A stretch of 40,764 bases of DNA from Lachnospiraceae bacterium (GCA_045533585.1 JAZSIB010000071.1:1-40764); one strand, 5' to 3'; positions 8,363-18,358 are shown, numbered from the stretch's first letter. A program made the numbers and translations. Notes: generated from the letters alone by a model not told the origin.

Positions 8363-8406
8363 AGAAAAGCAAGCATATCCGGAAAATCCGTAATACTTGC
8401 TTTTCT
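8363..8406. terminator. Bidirectional terminator between the convergent DUF378 and P-loop genes
   Basis: AGAAAAGCAAG (8363-8373) pairs with CTTGCTTTTCT (8396-8406), with an inner CGGA/TCCG stem. The A-run and T-run flanks are symmetric, so a U-tract follows the stem on either strand. Confidence 0.55.
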
Positions 8407-8431
8407 TATGTTTGATATTTTATTGTCTGAA

Positions 8432-8851
8432 TTATAAAGCTACAATTACACTGTCTTTATATTTTTCAGGGATTTCATCCGAATTCAAGGAAATGCTGAT
8501 TACAAAATCAACTGAGAATTTAGCAGAAATCAAATCAAGCTTATCAAGTACTGCAGTAATATCGCTTCCTTCTAAACAAGAGATATTTAAGAAGCTGTCA
8601 AGATATACTTTTTCCAAATCATGATCCTGAGATACCAGACCACAGATAAATCCGGTGAATTCCTGACTGCTGTCAATGCAATAATCGTTCACATTAATCA
8701 ATCGAATCTTATTGTTCAATTCATACATGTGTTTGGTGTTTTTATCGAGATAAACAATGGTACCGCTTGCTTCCTTGATAGAGCTGTTCACCTTATCAAG
8801 AAGGATTTTGGTTTTTCCTTTACCCTTTGCGCCTGCAATAATCTGTATCAT
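8432..8851 (-). CDS. Small stand-alone P-loop NTPase-like protein, function unknown
   Basis: Walker A GAKGKGKT at aa 6-13 and a Walker-B-like KVYLDSF around aa 81-87, within only 139 aa. AAGGAGG RBS 8 nt upstream of the ATG. Terminators on both sides. Confidence 0.6.
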   Translation of the reverse strand: MIQIIAGAKGKGKTKILLDKVNSSIKEASGTIVYLDKNTKHMYELNNKIRLINVNDYCIDSSQEFTGFICGLVSQDHDLEKVYLDSFLNISCLEGSDITAVLDKLDLISAKFSVDFVISISLNSDEIPEKYKDSVIVAL

Positions 8852-8885
8852 ATGTTATCGCCTCCTTAGGTTGTTCTATATGTTA

Positions 8886-8914
8886 ATTATAGTACAAGAT
8901 ACATAAAAACACAA
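8886..8914 (-). promoter_or_regulatory. Possible promoter of the P-loop gene
   Basis: Minus strand reads TTGTGT (8914-8909), 17-nt spacer, TATAAT (8891-8886). The -35 is weak and overlaps the mgsA terminator stem. Confidence 0.3.
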
Positions 8915-8938
8915 GCAATATTCACTGGAACCTTGTGT
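8903..8938 (-). terminator. Rho-independent terminator after mgsA
   Basis: Minus strand: ACACAAG stem (8938-8932 with 8915-8909) followed by TTTTTAT. Confidence 0.55.
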
Positions 8939-8944
8939 ATAAAA

Positions 8945-9343
8945 TCAGGTTTTATATAATTCTCTCCAATCAAGGTCTCCGCGCTCCAAAGCTTTGATTA
9001 AAAGCTCTGCCGAAGCGAGATTGGTGGCAAGTGGAATATTGTGCGTATCGCATAACTGTACTACATTATTAACATCCGGTTCATGAGATTTTGGAGTCAG
9101 CGGATCGCGTAAAAATATTACCATATCAATCTGATTATGTTCTATTTGCGCACCGAGCTGCTGCTCGCCTCCAAGATGACCTGCCAGATACTTATGAACA
9201 GAAAGATTGGTCACCTCTTCTATCAGGCGACCGGTTGTACCGGTTGCATATAAATCGTGTTTTGAAAGAATCCCCCGATACGCGATGCAGAAATTCTGCA
9301 TCAATTTTTTCTTAGCGTCATGTGCGATTAACCCAACATTCAT
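8945..9343 (-). CDS. mgsA: Methylglyoxal synthase
   Basis: LIAHDAKKKLM, LYATGTTG, GGEQQLGA and FLRDPL motifs. Size 132 aa. Sits after rodA, as in many Clostridia. Confidence 0.9.
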   Translation of the reverse strand: MNVGLIAHDAKKKLMQNFCIAYRGILSKHDLYATGTTGRLIEEVTNLSVHKYLAGHLGGEQQLGAQIEHNQIDMVIFLRDPLTPKSHEPDVNNVVQLCDTHNIPLATNLASAELLIKALERGDLDWRELYKT

Positions 9344-9363
9344 TATATATACGCCCCTTTCTG

Positions 9364-10539
9364 TTAACGAACCATCGCATAATCCGTTAATTCAATTACT
9401 CTCTCCTTTTCCTTCGGTTTTGGCTGCAGGCTGATGTTCAATAATATCCCCAATGTTGCAAGGTTACATATTAAAGCCGTTAAGCCGGAACTGATAAAAG
9501 GTAACGGAATACCTGTATTCGGAAGAAGTGAGGTCACTACACCGATATTTACAAATGCTTGTACGGAAATTAATGCTGTAATTCCGATTGCAATCATAGA
9601 ACCAAGATAATCTTTGGCTTTTTTGGCAATTCTGAGACCAATAAAAGCAAAGGTCAAATACCCCATAATAATCAAAATCATACCGACAAAACCAAATTCT
9701 TCACCAATCGCAGAAAAAATAAAGTCACTTTCCACAACCGGGACATAATTCGAAGCCCTGGGACCGGTATCTCCGGTAAGCAACTTACCAAACATCCCAC
9801 CGGCCTGAATTGCCAGTTTAGCATTGTCCTGCTGGTACATATCGGTTCCCAAAATACGATTGACCTGATAATCTTTCAGAAGAATCTGAAAATCCTGTTG
9901 AACATACCATAGTAGTAATATGGCAAGAGGGACTCCGACAGCAACAATGGGTAGAATATGTTTATAACTTGTACCGGCGGCAAACACCATAACTGCAAAA
10001 AATGCAAACATTACAATACTGGTGGACAAATCCGTCTGCGTCAATATCAGAAGGGTTGGAACCGCCATCAGAGCACTTACCAGAATCAAAAGCCAGAGTT
10101 TTTTGATGTGCTGATGAAACATATCAAATACTTTGGCAAGTACCAGAATCATGATAATCTTTGAAAATTCCGATGGCATAAATTCAAATGTGCTGCTTTC
10201 ACTAAGCCGTATTTCAATCCATCGTTTTGCCAAATAGTGGGTATCACCGTAGATTGGAAGTCCCATGCTCTTGTCAGTAAAACGGCAAAACAATAAAAGT
10301 GCAAGATTAAAAAAATACAGCGGTATATAGAGCTTGCAGATAAAGTGATAGTCAATCATTGCAATAATCAGCATTACAGCAAGTCCTAATGCATAACCCA
10401 GTACCTGTTTTTCGAATTGGGCTTCGTCTGAATCCTGTAACCGCTGGATCAAAAACATTCCTATCCCGCCGAATGCGAGAACTAAGGTTACAAGAGACAG
10501 ACTGAAGGATTTAAAATTGTATTCCTTGAACTTAAACAT
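9364..10539 (-). CDS. rodA: SEDS-family peptidoglycan glycosyltransferase (FtsW/RodA/SpoVE family)
   Basis: Polytopic membrane protein of 391 aa with a C-terminal NTGIPLPFISSG-type motif. Positioned downstream of mreBCD-mrdA-minCDE. Confidence 0.8.
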   Translation of the reverse strand: MFKFKEYNFKSFSLSLVTLVLAFGGIGMFLIQRLQDSDEAQFEKQVLGYALGLAVMLIIAMIDYHFICKLYIPLYFFNLALLLFCRFTDKSMGLPIYGDTHYLAKRWIEIRLSESSTFEFMPSEFSKIIMILVLAKVFDMFHQHIKKLWLLILVSALMAVPTLLILTQTDLSTSIVMFAFFAVMVFAAGTSYKHILPIVAVGVPLAILLLWYVQQDFQILLKDYQVNRILGTDMYQQDNAKLAIQAGGMFGKLLTGDTGPRASNYVPVVESDFIFSAIGEEFGFVGMILIIMGYLTFAFIGLRIAKKAKDYLGSMIAIGITALISVQAFVNIGVVTSLLPNTGIPLPFISSGLTALICNLATLGILLNISLQPKPKEKERVIELTDYAMVR

Positions 10540-10548
10540 GCAAATATC

Positions 10549-10797
10549 CTATTTTTTCTGTTTCATATTCTTAATCGGAATGCTTGCAAATAAGGAGTTG
10601 CTTCCGTCTGCTTCGTTGCGGAACTTAAAGTCCAGACCATTCATATCTACTTCAATGTACTTTGAAATAACCTGAATGATTTCGTTCTTCATCTTTTCCA
10701 TTACTTCAGGAGAACAGCCGGCACGGTCAGAAACAAGAACAAGCTTGAGACGATCTTTTGCCACGTTACCCGATGCTTTTTTCTTAAATCCAAACAT
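10549..10797 (-). CDS. minE: Cell division topological specificity factor MinE
   Basis: N-terminus FKKKASGNVAKDRLKLVLVSDR. Size 82 aa. Immediately after minD. GGGAGG RBS. Confidence 0.85.
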   Translation of the reverse strand: MFGFKKKASGNVAKDRLKLVLVSDRAGCSPEVMEKMKNEIIQVISKYIEVDMNGLDFKFRNEADGSNSLFASIPIKNMKQKK

Positions 10798-10812
10798 ATC
10801 GTTTTCCTCCCT

Positions 10813-11595
10813 TTAGTTCTTCTTGAATAATCTGCTGAAAAAGCCCTGCTTTGCACTTAAGTCAAGGAAAGGAACCTCTTCACCTACTACTCTGCGACAG
10901 ATATTCATATATGCTTTTCCGGCCATGCAGTCAGTACCTACCAACGGCTCGCCCTGATTGGTTGAAATAACAATGTTTTCATCATCCGGAACTACACCTA
11001 CCAGATCCACGGCAAGAATCTCTACCACATCATCAGCAGACATCATCTCACCGCGCTTTACAAGATCCATACGGATACGATTAATAATAAGCTGGGTCTG
11101 TTTCATCTCATTTGCTTCGAGCAAACCGATAATACGGTCAGCATCACGTACTGCTGATACCTCAGGAGTTGTAACAACCAATGCACGATCTGCACCGGCG
11201 ATTGCATTCTTGAAGCCTTGTTCAATGCCTGCAGGACAATCCATCAGTATGTAATCAAACTCGGTTTTTAAGTCTTCACAAAGCTTTTTCATCTGCTCCG
11301 GTGTTACAGCAGACTTATCTCTTGTCTGTGCAGAAGGTAAAAGATAAAGGTTCGGATAACGTTTGTCTTTAATTAACGCCTGCTTAATACGACAGTTTCC
11401 TTCCACAACATCAACCAGGTTGTATACGATTCGGTTTTCCAATCCCATAACAACGTCCAGATTACGAAGACCGATATCTGTGTCAATCAACACAACCTTT
11501 TTATCAAGTTTTGCAAGACCGGTACCGATATTGGCAGTTGAAGTGGTCTTACCAACACCACCCTTACCGGATGTTACTACAATTACTTCTCCCAT
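10813..11595 (-). CDS. minD: Septum site-determining ATPase MinD
   Basis: Deviant Walker A SGKGGVGKTT and a C-terminal amphipathic helix GFFSRLFKK. Start moved to the ATG at 11595 (AAGGAGG 7 nt upstream). Confidence 0.92.
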   Translation of the reverse strand: MGEVIVVTSGKGGVGKTTSTANIGTGLAKLDKKVVLIDTDIGLRNLDVVMGLENRIVYNLVDVVEGNCRIKQALIKDKRYPNLYLLPSAQTRDKSAVTPEQMKKLCEDLKTEFDYILMDCPAGIEQGFKNAIAGADRALVVTTPEVSAVRDADRIIGLLEANEMKQTQLIINRIRMDLVKRGEMMSADDVVEILAVDLVGVVPDDENIVISTNQGEPLVGTDCMAGKAYMNICRRVVGEEVPFLDLSAKQGFFSRLFKKN

Positions 11596-11608
11596 CTTTT
11601 TATCCTCC

Positions 11609-12274
11609 TTATAATTCTCTTTCACTGAGTGTTTTTCTTGTTACCGGTTCAATATAGATACTGTTTTCTTCAAGAAAAGCAATCTTTGCTTCCTTTTCGG
11701 ATGTTTTATCCGGATTATCCGGCGACCGTGCGATCGTATCTGCAATACGAATCTGCATCGGCGACATATCAAGTGCAAGAATAAATGCACTTTCATTTCC
11801 GGCAGAACCGGCACATACCGTACCACGCAATGTACCAAGTACAATAATATTGCCCTTTGATACTACACTTGCTCCCGGATTAACATCGCCAATAATAACA
11901 ATGCTGGAATCACATTCCAAAGATTGTCCGGAACGTAGATTTCCTTTGTAAAACTGGCCGTTTGTTTTTGCATTCTCTGTAAACTGATGCTCCAGTTTTT
12001 TTTGAAAAAGCTCATCTTTTTCCGGATCATCGGCTATAAGACAAACAATTTTCAGTTCAGAATTTTCCGAAATAATATTTAGAAGCTCAATCTGTTGCGC
12101 ATCTGTCAGCTTACGTCCTTCAAAGCTGAGGGCAACTTGTGCGTTGCCGAGAAACTTGGAAGAACTTTTGAATTTCTTAGATACGTTTTCTTTTAGAACT
12201 TCGTAATCAATATCTGAATCAAGTACAACAATAATTCCGTGATTTAAGCCTTTGATAATAACAGAATTATCCAC
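11609..12274 (-). CDS. minC: Septum site-determining protein MinC
   Basis: C-terminal beta-helix repeat GDVNPGASVVSKGNIIVLGTLRGTVCAG. GTG start with AAGGAG upstream. Precedes minD. Confidence 0.85.
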   Translation of the reverse strand: MDNSVIIKGLNHGIIVVLDSDIDYEVLKENVSKKFKSSSKFLGNAQVALSFEGRKLTDAQQIELLNIISENSELKIVCLIADDPEKDELFQKKLEHQFTENAKTNGQFYKGNLRSGQSLECDSSIVIIGDVNPGASVVSKGNIIVLGTLRGTVCAGSAGNESAFILALDMSPMQIRIADTIARSPDNPDKTSEKEAKIAFLEENSIYIEPVTRKTLSEREL

Positions 12275-12303
12275 TGTTTCCTACTCCTTTCCTGATAGAT
12301 ATC

Positions 12304-15198
12304 TTAGTCCGAAACATTAATTGAGGTAACTGAACCGGCTTTTATATTTCCGCTCAATAACTCTGCTTTGTTTTCATTGTTAAAGTATAAACCAAATACT
12401 TCACGCGCCGTATAGGCAGCATTTGCTGATTTGTATCCGTTAGGAATTACTACCGTTACACAAATCTCAGGATTCTCATACGGGGCGAAGGAAACAAACA
12501 ATGCATGGTGTGGTGTAGACGGATTAATCTGTGCGGTACCGGTCTTACCGGCAACAGCGACACCAAGATTGCCATATAATGTATCAAGACTGTTAGTATT
12601 GGTATTAACTACATTATACATACCCTTTTTTACAGCAGCCCACTCCGCATCGGAAAACATGGTAATCTGATTATATATGCTTGCTTCTTTCTGCTCTAAG
12701 ATTGTGCCGTTGTTGTTTCGTATGGAATCAAGCAGTGTCAGATTATATATAGTTCCTTCGTTTGCAATTCCGGTGATGTAACGCGCAATCTGTACCGGGG
12801 CCAGTGCATGTCCGTAACCGATGGAAGTACGTACAGCATCGGAACTTGATACGGAGGGAGTTGCCTCCGAAATCTCGATGCCGGTTTTCTCTGTTAATCC
12901 AAACATTTCGGCATAACGCTTAATCTTGGAGATACCGAGTGAGTCGCTATAACGTCCGGTATAATCCGTACTAAGCTTAAACCCAACATCATAAAAATAG
13001 TAGTTACAGGAATGCATAATTGCCTGTGAAAGATTGATACTGCCATGATTGCCGGGATATTTCCAACAACGAGGTGAAGGTACAATCAATTCAAAAATAC
13101 CGAGGTCTTTGATCTTTGTGTCGGTATTTACAATTCCTTCTCCAAGACCAATTAAGGCACTTAACGGTTTGAATGTTGAACCGGTTGTTGTTACCTGAGA
13201 GGTTGGTCGGTTTAGTAAAGGATACGCAGAACTGTTCAACAAAGTTGAATAATAATCATATTCTATCTTGTTTGCCAGCATATTATTGTCGTAACTTGGA
13301 TAAGTAACAAGTGCTTTTGCAGTTCCATTATTAACATCTGTGATTACGATGGAACCGCTGCAAGGCTCTAAGCCGAGCTGTCCGGGAGTGATTTCCAGAT
13401 TATCAATCAAATCATACATAAACTGAAAGGCAGAAATTCTTCCGTTTTGCAGTTTACTGATGCTGCTTTCGTTATACTCAATAATATTCTGATCAAACAG
13501 CAACAGACAGATATCCTTACCGGAGATGATTTTATCAAACACTAAGCTATGATAAATCATGTTCTTAAACTCAGTGTCTGATTCCACCTGCTGAAAAAGA
13601 TGTTCCAAAAACATCGTATACAATTCCGAAGTGGAATAATACATATCTTTGTCACTGAACGTGCTTGTAGCTATCCAGTTTTTCGTAATGGCATAGCGGA
13701 AAAATTCGCTCATGCTGATTTCATTACTCTGATACTGGATATAGGTCTTATCATCCGTATCAATCTGCGTTTTTAAAAGCAGTTCCGAACTGACAGCCTT
13801 GGAATAAATGTATTTTAAATACTCCTGCAGCTCATCACTTACCTTATCATTGGTTACGGTACTTTCGTTCGAAAGGATTTGCTTAAGTTGATCCAGAAGT
13901 ACTCTCTGCTTTTCTGCAAAAATATACTGGATTTTTTTCTCAAGTTCGGTTGCTTCCGTTGAGGAAAAATGATTTACATCGATGACTCCGTTTTCCAGCA
14001 ACGCATAATAAACTTCAAAAATCGGAATTGTAATATCGTTTGCATTTTCACCTTTTGTTCCGTAATCCATATCAGGAACAAGTTTGTCGCGAAGAATTGC
14101 AGCAATATTTCGCTCCAGTATATAGTAACAAGCTTTTTGAAGCTCAGCATCGATAGAAAGATATATATCATTTCCTGCGACAGGCTGTGTGTTAGTCGAC
14201 TGTGATAATACCTTTCCGCTTTGGTTCACAGTAAGATTAACCGTTCCCTTTACGCCGCAAAGGACATCTTCCATAGATTTTTCTATGCCTGTTTTTCCTA
14301 TAACATCGCTGGCGTTGTAGAGCAACGAAACACCTTTTTCCGTAGTGATATCTTCATCCGAAAGAGCAAACTTTGTAATAAGCTCTTCGTTTCGGGTCTC
14401 AATTTCATCATTTGTGATGCTTCCGGTGTAGCCGATGATATGCGAAAAATACATACTGTCATTATAGACACGGGATGTCATCTGTTTGATATCGACACCG
14501 GGAAGTTCCGCATTGTTTTCCTTGATTGCCACTACCAGTTCATCATCAATATCTGAAGCAATCAGGAACTGGGTACCGGCAATGTTTGAAAAGATGGTAT
14601 AACGCACGGCCATAATCTTCAATGCTTCTTCTACGGAATACTCATCGGAAATTTGGAACATCGCCGCACGCTCGTTGCCATAACGTAAGAATTCATAGAC
14701 AGCTTTTGCATCGGCTGCACGTTCTTCTTCCGTTAAGGCACTGATGGATTTACGTCCGTATGCATTCTTTTTGAAACGCAATAAAGCGTTATCAGTCAGA
14801 TTAAATACAAAATTATCATGTTCATCAAGTTCGATTCCAAAGGAAATATCCAGTTCCACATCGTGTTCTTCTAAGATTTGAAGCAAACGATGAATCATCG
14901 CATTCTTCTCGCTGTTGTTTCGTAATAAACCGCTTTCTTCCATAACAATCGAATAGCTTACGTCATTGTACGCCAGCAGAACACCATTTACATCATAAAT
15001 ATTACCACGTGTACTTTTGATATCACGAATCTTTGTGGACTTGTATTCGGCTTTTTCTTCTGATGCTGAGGATTTTTTAATCTGCAACGAAAAAACCTGA
15101 TAAACCAAGACCAGAAACATTGCAGCAAACACAACAGCAACGATTGGAATTCTGGTTGAAAATATTTCTTTAATTTTGTCACAAATCTTTTTAATCAT
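12304..15198 (-). CDS. mrdA: Penicillin-binding protein 2 (class B transpeptidase), long form
   Basis: N-terminal TM. RGNIYDVNGVLLA pedestal motif. Active-site triad STFK (S674), SCN (730-732) and KTGT (885-888). Overlaps the mreD stop by 8 nt. Carries a roughly 240-aa insertion at aa 371-608. Confidence 0.9.
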   Translation of the reverse strand: MIKKICDKIKEIFSTRIPIVAVVFAAMFLVLVYQVFSLQIKKSSASEEKAEYKSTKIRDIKSTRGNIYDVNGVLLAYNDVSYSIVMEESGLLRNNSEKNAMIHRLLQILEEHDVELDISFGIELDEHDNFVFNLTDNALLRFKKNAYGRKSISALTEEERAADAKAVYEFLRYGNERAAMFQISDEYSVEEALKIMAVRYTIFSNIAGTQFLIASDIDDELVVAIKENNAELPGVDIKQMTSRVYNDSMYFSHIIGYTGSITNDEIETRNEELITKFALSDEDITTEKGVSLLYNASDVIGKTGIEKSMEDVLCGVKGTVNLTVNQSGKVLSQSTNTQPVAGNDIYLSIDAELQKACYYILERNIAAILRDKLVPDMDYGTKGENANDITIPIFEVYYALLENGVIDVNHFSSTEATELEKKIQYIFAEKQRVLLDQLKQILSNESTVTNDKVSDELQEYLKYIYSKAVSSELLLKTQIDTDDKTYIQYQSNEISMSEFFRYAITKNWIATSTFSDKDMYYSTSELYTMFLEHLFQQVESDTEFKNMIYHSLVFDKIISGKDICLLLFDQNIIEYNESSISKLQNGRISAFQFMYDLIDNLEITPGQLGLEPCSGSIVITDVNNGTAKALVTYPSYDNNMLANKIEYDYYSTLLNSSAYPLLNRPTSQVTTTGSTFKPLSALIGLGEGIVNTDTKIKDLGIFELIVPSPRCWKYPGNHGSINLSQAIMHSCNYYFYDVGFKLSTDYTGRYSDSLGISKIKRYAEMFGLTEKTGIEISEATPSVSSSDAVRTSIGYGHALAPVQIARYITGIANEGTIYNLTLLDSIRNNNGTILEQKEASIYNQITMFSDAEWAAVKKGMYNVVNTNTNSLDTLYGNLGVAVAGKTGTAQINPSTPHHALFVSFAPYENPEICVTVVIPNGYKSANAAYTAREVFGLYFNNENKAELLSGNIKAGSVTSINVSD

Positions 15199-15715
15199 AA
15201 TGCTTTAAGTTACGTTCTTCCAATCGGATGGACCAATATATACTGAGTTGACACAGTTTGTACAGTACTGAACCAATCAGAACCGTATAAACAATTTTGG
15301 GCAGCATGATATTTGTTAAATAAAAACCATATTCAGATTTGCCTTGTATTACAAATTCCGTTATATAGTAAACATTCAACTGCAGGAATACACATACAGC
15401 AATCAGAAGTAACGGTGTAATGTTGTCATCCTTGCGATAGAATTTATGAAACAATCCTGCAAGAAAGCCGGCAAAAAGGTACAATAATGCGCCAAATCCA
15501 AGATGTGTGCCGTAGGTCAGATCCAGTATCATACCGGCACAAAAGCCATACAAGATACCGGCATTGCTTCCCTTAAGATATGCGGCAGTTACGACGATAA
15601 TCATCATCAAATCCGGCATGGTATGATTCAGAGTGAAATGGCCACATACAGAGCTTTGTACTACATAGCAAACAATCAATTCAACTATGATAATCAGAAA
15701 ACGAATAATTCTCAT
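15191..15715 (-). CDS. mreD: Rod shape-determining protein MreD
   Basis: Small polytopic membrane protein between mreC and mrdA. The ATG at 15715 has GGAG upstream. An alternative GTG at 15736 overlaps the mreC stop. Confidence 0.75.
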   Translation of the reverse strand: MRIIRFLIIIVELIVCYVVQSSVCGHFTLNHTMPDLMMIIVVTAAYLKGSNAGILYGFCAGMILDLTYGTHLGFGALLYLFAGFLAGLFHKFYRKDDNITPLLLIAVCVFLQLNVYYITEFVIQGKSEYGFYLTNIMLPKIVYTVLIGSVLYKLCQLSIYWSIRLEERNLKHYD

Positions 15716-15732
15716 AACCACTCCGTAAACAA

Positions 15733-16578
15733 TCACTTGAGTTCCGTAATTATCAATACCATCTCCAGATGCTCAAAATCAACCGCCGGAATGAGCTTGG
15801 CTTCTTTTGCCATATTGCTGGAATCGGTTTTAATATCAACTGCATAGCCGATTAAAATTCCCTGATGATACTTATCACTAATATGTGAAGTTACAATTTC
15901 CGAATTCTCTTCTATATCCGCATTCATACTAATCATGGAGATGTCAATGTATCCGTTTCGAATGCTTTGAAGATTACCGCTTACAATGCAGGTATCTTCA
16001 GAACGCAATGACATTCCGCTGAGATTGCTGGAATCATCAATAATGGCGCGTACCTTGGCCGAATCAGAAAAAACTTCCGTAACAATTCCGGCAAGTCCGT
16101 TTCCTGCCAGAACATTTTGATCCACCTTGATTCCGTCGTTGCTTCCCTTATCAATCGTAAAACTACTGTAGAGACTGTTTGAATCACGACTGATAATTCG
16201 AGCTGCTACTTTGGGATAAGAGATGTATTTCTGGTCCAACTGATAAAGACTACGATAAGTCTCCATCTCGTTGTTATCCTGCTGAATCATCTTGTTTTCG
16301 TATTTTAATTGATTCAATTCTTCCTTCAGTCTTGCATTTTCTTCAATCAAGGCATTCACATCGCTGAAATTTTTAATACGGTTATTGATTGCCTTGCCGA
16401 TACGATTGACACCGCGCTGCATCGGAGAAACAAAATCTGCCGCCGCCTTACGAAGAGGCAATGTTTTTTCCGGATACTGATAGGAAATAAAAATCAATAC
16501 GAAACAGATAACACCAAAAACAATCAGAAAATACTTAGGATTTAAATTGAACTTTTTTTTACTATGATATCTTGCCAT
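15733..16578 (-). CDS. mreC: Rod shape-determining protein MreC
   Basis: N-terminal TM, a coiled coil (LKEELNQLKYENKMIQ) and a beta-barrel domain with the GLAGIV motif. Follows mreB. Confidence 0.85.
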   Translation of the reverse strand: MARYHSKKKFNLNPKYFLIVFGVICFVLIFISYQYPEKTLPLRKAAADFVSPMQRGVNRIGKAINNRIKNFSDVNALIEENARLKEELNQLKYENKMIQQDNNEMETYRSLYQLDQKYISYPKVAARIISRDSNSLYSSFTIDKGSNDGIKVDQNVLAGNGLAGIVTEVFSDSAKVRAIIDDSSNLSGMSLRSEDTCIVSGNLQSIRNGYIDISMISMNADIEENSEIVTSHISDKYHQGILIGYAVDIKTDSSNMAKEAKLIPAVDFEHLEMVLIITELK

Positions 16579-16612
16579 TCTAATTAACTCCTAAAGTACA
16601 GTAATGCTCATG

Positions 16613-17635
16613 TTAATTATAAAAGGACTGTCTCATACCGGCAGCAAGGCAATCCAGCTTCGGGTCTTCGATAATACGTCCCAAACCGATGGCAACCGTA
16701 TTGCCCGGATCTTCACAGATGTTGATATCTAACTCTGTTTCGTTGGAAATCAGCTTATCCAGTCCTTTGATTTTTGCCGAACCACCTGTGACAAAAATAC
16801 CGCCATCAATAATATCCGCTGAAATCTCGGGCGGAGTCTTCTCTAATACAATACGAATAGAATCTACAATAGTAGAAAGCAGTTCCGAAATCGTCTCATA
16901 TACGAATTGTGCTGTAATTTCTTTTTCGGTCGGTAATCCATTGACAACATCACGTCCAAACACCTTAATGGACTTATCTTCCGGAACCACTGCACTTGCC
17001 AACTCTTTTTTAATTGTTTCTGCTGTTTTTTGTCCGATTAAAAGATTATGTTTCTTACGGACATTTGCAATAATGTTTTCATCAAACTTATTGCCACCGA
17101 CAGCAACCATCTTGCTGATTACAATACCTCCGAGCGAAAGTACGGAGATTTCTGTCGTATCGGCACCGATATCGACAATCATAACACCATTGGCATTGGT
17201 AACATCAAGTCCTGCACCTAATGCATTGGCAATCGGCTTTTCAACAATACGGATTTTTTTGGTTTTTGCATCTGAGGACGCTACTAAATCTACAAATGCT
17301 CTTTTCTCGACTTCTGTTATGTCAGTCGGAGAAGCTACGATAAATTCTGAGCCGGCAATCTTGCCGTGCTTTTTTTCTATCTCTGCAAATACGGAATTCA
17401 GCAAAGAAGTCATATGCTCGATATCCGCAATCACACCATTCCGTACCGGAAAAGTAATTTCAATGTTCGACGGTGTTTTGCCCAACATATCAAATGCTTC
17501 ATCTCCGTATGCAATAATACGTTCCGAATCCGCTACTGCAATTATATTCTTGGAATCATAAATAACACCGCTGTTCTTTTTGTAAATCTTAATCACACTG
17601 GTTCCAAAATCAATACCAAACAATTTAGATGACAT
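16613..17635 (-). CDS. mreB: Rod shape-determining actin homologue MreB/Mbl
   Basis: Actin-fold phosphate motifs GIDFGTS and VDIGADTTE. Size 340 aa. Confidence 0.9.
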   Translation of the reverse strand: MSSKLFGIDFGTSVIKIYKKNSGVIYDSKNIIAVADSERIIAYGDEAFDMLGKTPSNIEITFPVRNGVIADIEHMTSLLNSVFAEIEKKHGKIAGSEFIVASPTDITEVEKRAFVDLVASSDAKTKKIRIVEKPIANALGAGLDVTNANGVMIVDIGADTTEISVLSLGGIVISKMVAVGGNKFDENIIANVRKKHNLLIGQKTAETIKKELASAVVPEDKSIKVFGRDVVNGLPTEKEITAQFVYETISELLSTIVDSIRIVLEKTPPEISADIIDGGIFVTGGSAKIKGLDKLISNETELDINICEDPGNTVAIGLGRIIEDPKLDCLAAGMRQSFYN

Positions 17636-17659
17636 ATTATCACCATACCTTTCCAGCTA

Positions 17660-18358
17660 TTACAAATAACCTTTTTCGACAAAACTGATGTATTGCTGAT
17701 CTCCGATAACAATATGGTCGAGTAATTCAATGCCAAGCATCTTGCCACAATCAAAAATACGTTTTGTCATAGTAAAATCATCGGTACTCGGTGTTGGATC
17801 ACCGCTGGGATGATTATGTAGTAAAAAGATATAAACAGCTTCTTTTTCAAGTGCCGACAGATATATCTCACGCGGAGAAATCAAAGCTGCTTTTACAGTT
17901 CCTTCGTATATTTTTTCCTCATGAAGAATACGGCATTTACCGTCCAGATGGAGTACCCAGACCGACTCCTGTTTTTTATCTTTAAGGCGAGGCATAAAAT
18001 ACGCAGCAATCTCACATGGCTGATGAAACGCCAATAACTCTTTGCGTTCAGCAGTAACAAGACGTCGCCCAAGTTCAATGGCACAAAGTATCTGGATTGC
18101 TTTTATTTTGCCGATTCCTTTTATCCTGCATAGCTTGTCCAAACCGATTCTGCATAATCCGCTTGGATTGTCCTCACCCGTACATTCGGACAAAACCCGG
18201 TAAGCAAGAGCAATCGAACTCTCCTCTTTGGTTCCGCTTCGAAGCAGTACGGCAAGTAATTCAGCATCCGAAAGTGTTTCGGGACCGTTTGAAATACATT
18301 TTTCATAGGGTCTTGCCGAAAGGGGTAAATCTTTCATTTTGAAATTTGCTTTGTTCAC
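17660..18358 (-). CDS. radC: RadC-family JAB-domain protein
   Basis: JAMM motif HNHPSGDPTPSTDD and N-terminal DLPLSARPYEK. The GTG at 18358 has CAGGAG 7 nt upstream. Confidence 0.88.
   Translation of the reverse strand: MNKANFKMKDLPLSARPYEKCISNGPETLSDAELLAVLLRSGTKEESSIALAYRVLSECTGEDNPSGLCRIGLDKLCRIKGIGKIKAIQILCAIELGRRLVTAERKELLAFHQPCEIAAYFMPRLKDKKQESVWVLHLDGKCRILHEEKIYEGTVKAALISPREIYLSALEKEAVYIFLLHNHPSGDPTPSTDDFTMTKRIFDCGKMLGIELLDHIVIGDQQYISFVEKGYL

Noticed and set aside
16689-17561. 290-aa + strand ORF
   Set aside because: It is antisense to mreB. The composition is Ser/Ile/Thr-rich and low-complexity, with no RBS. mreB on the other strand has unambiguous actin-fold motifs.
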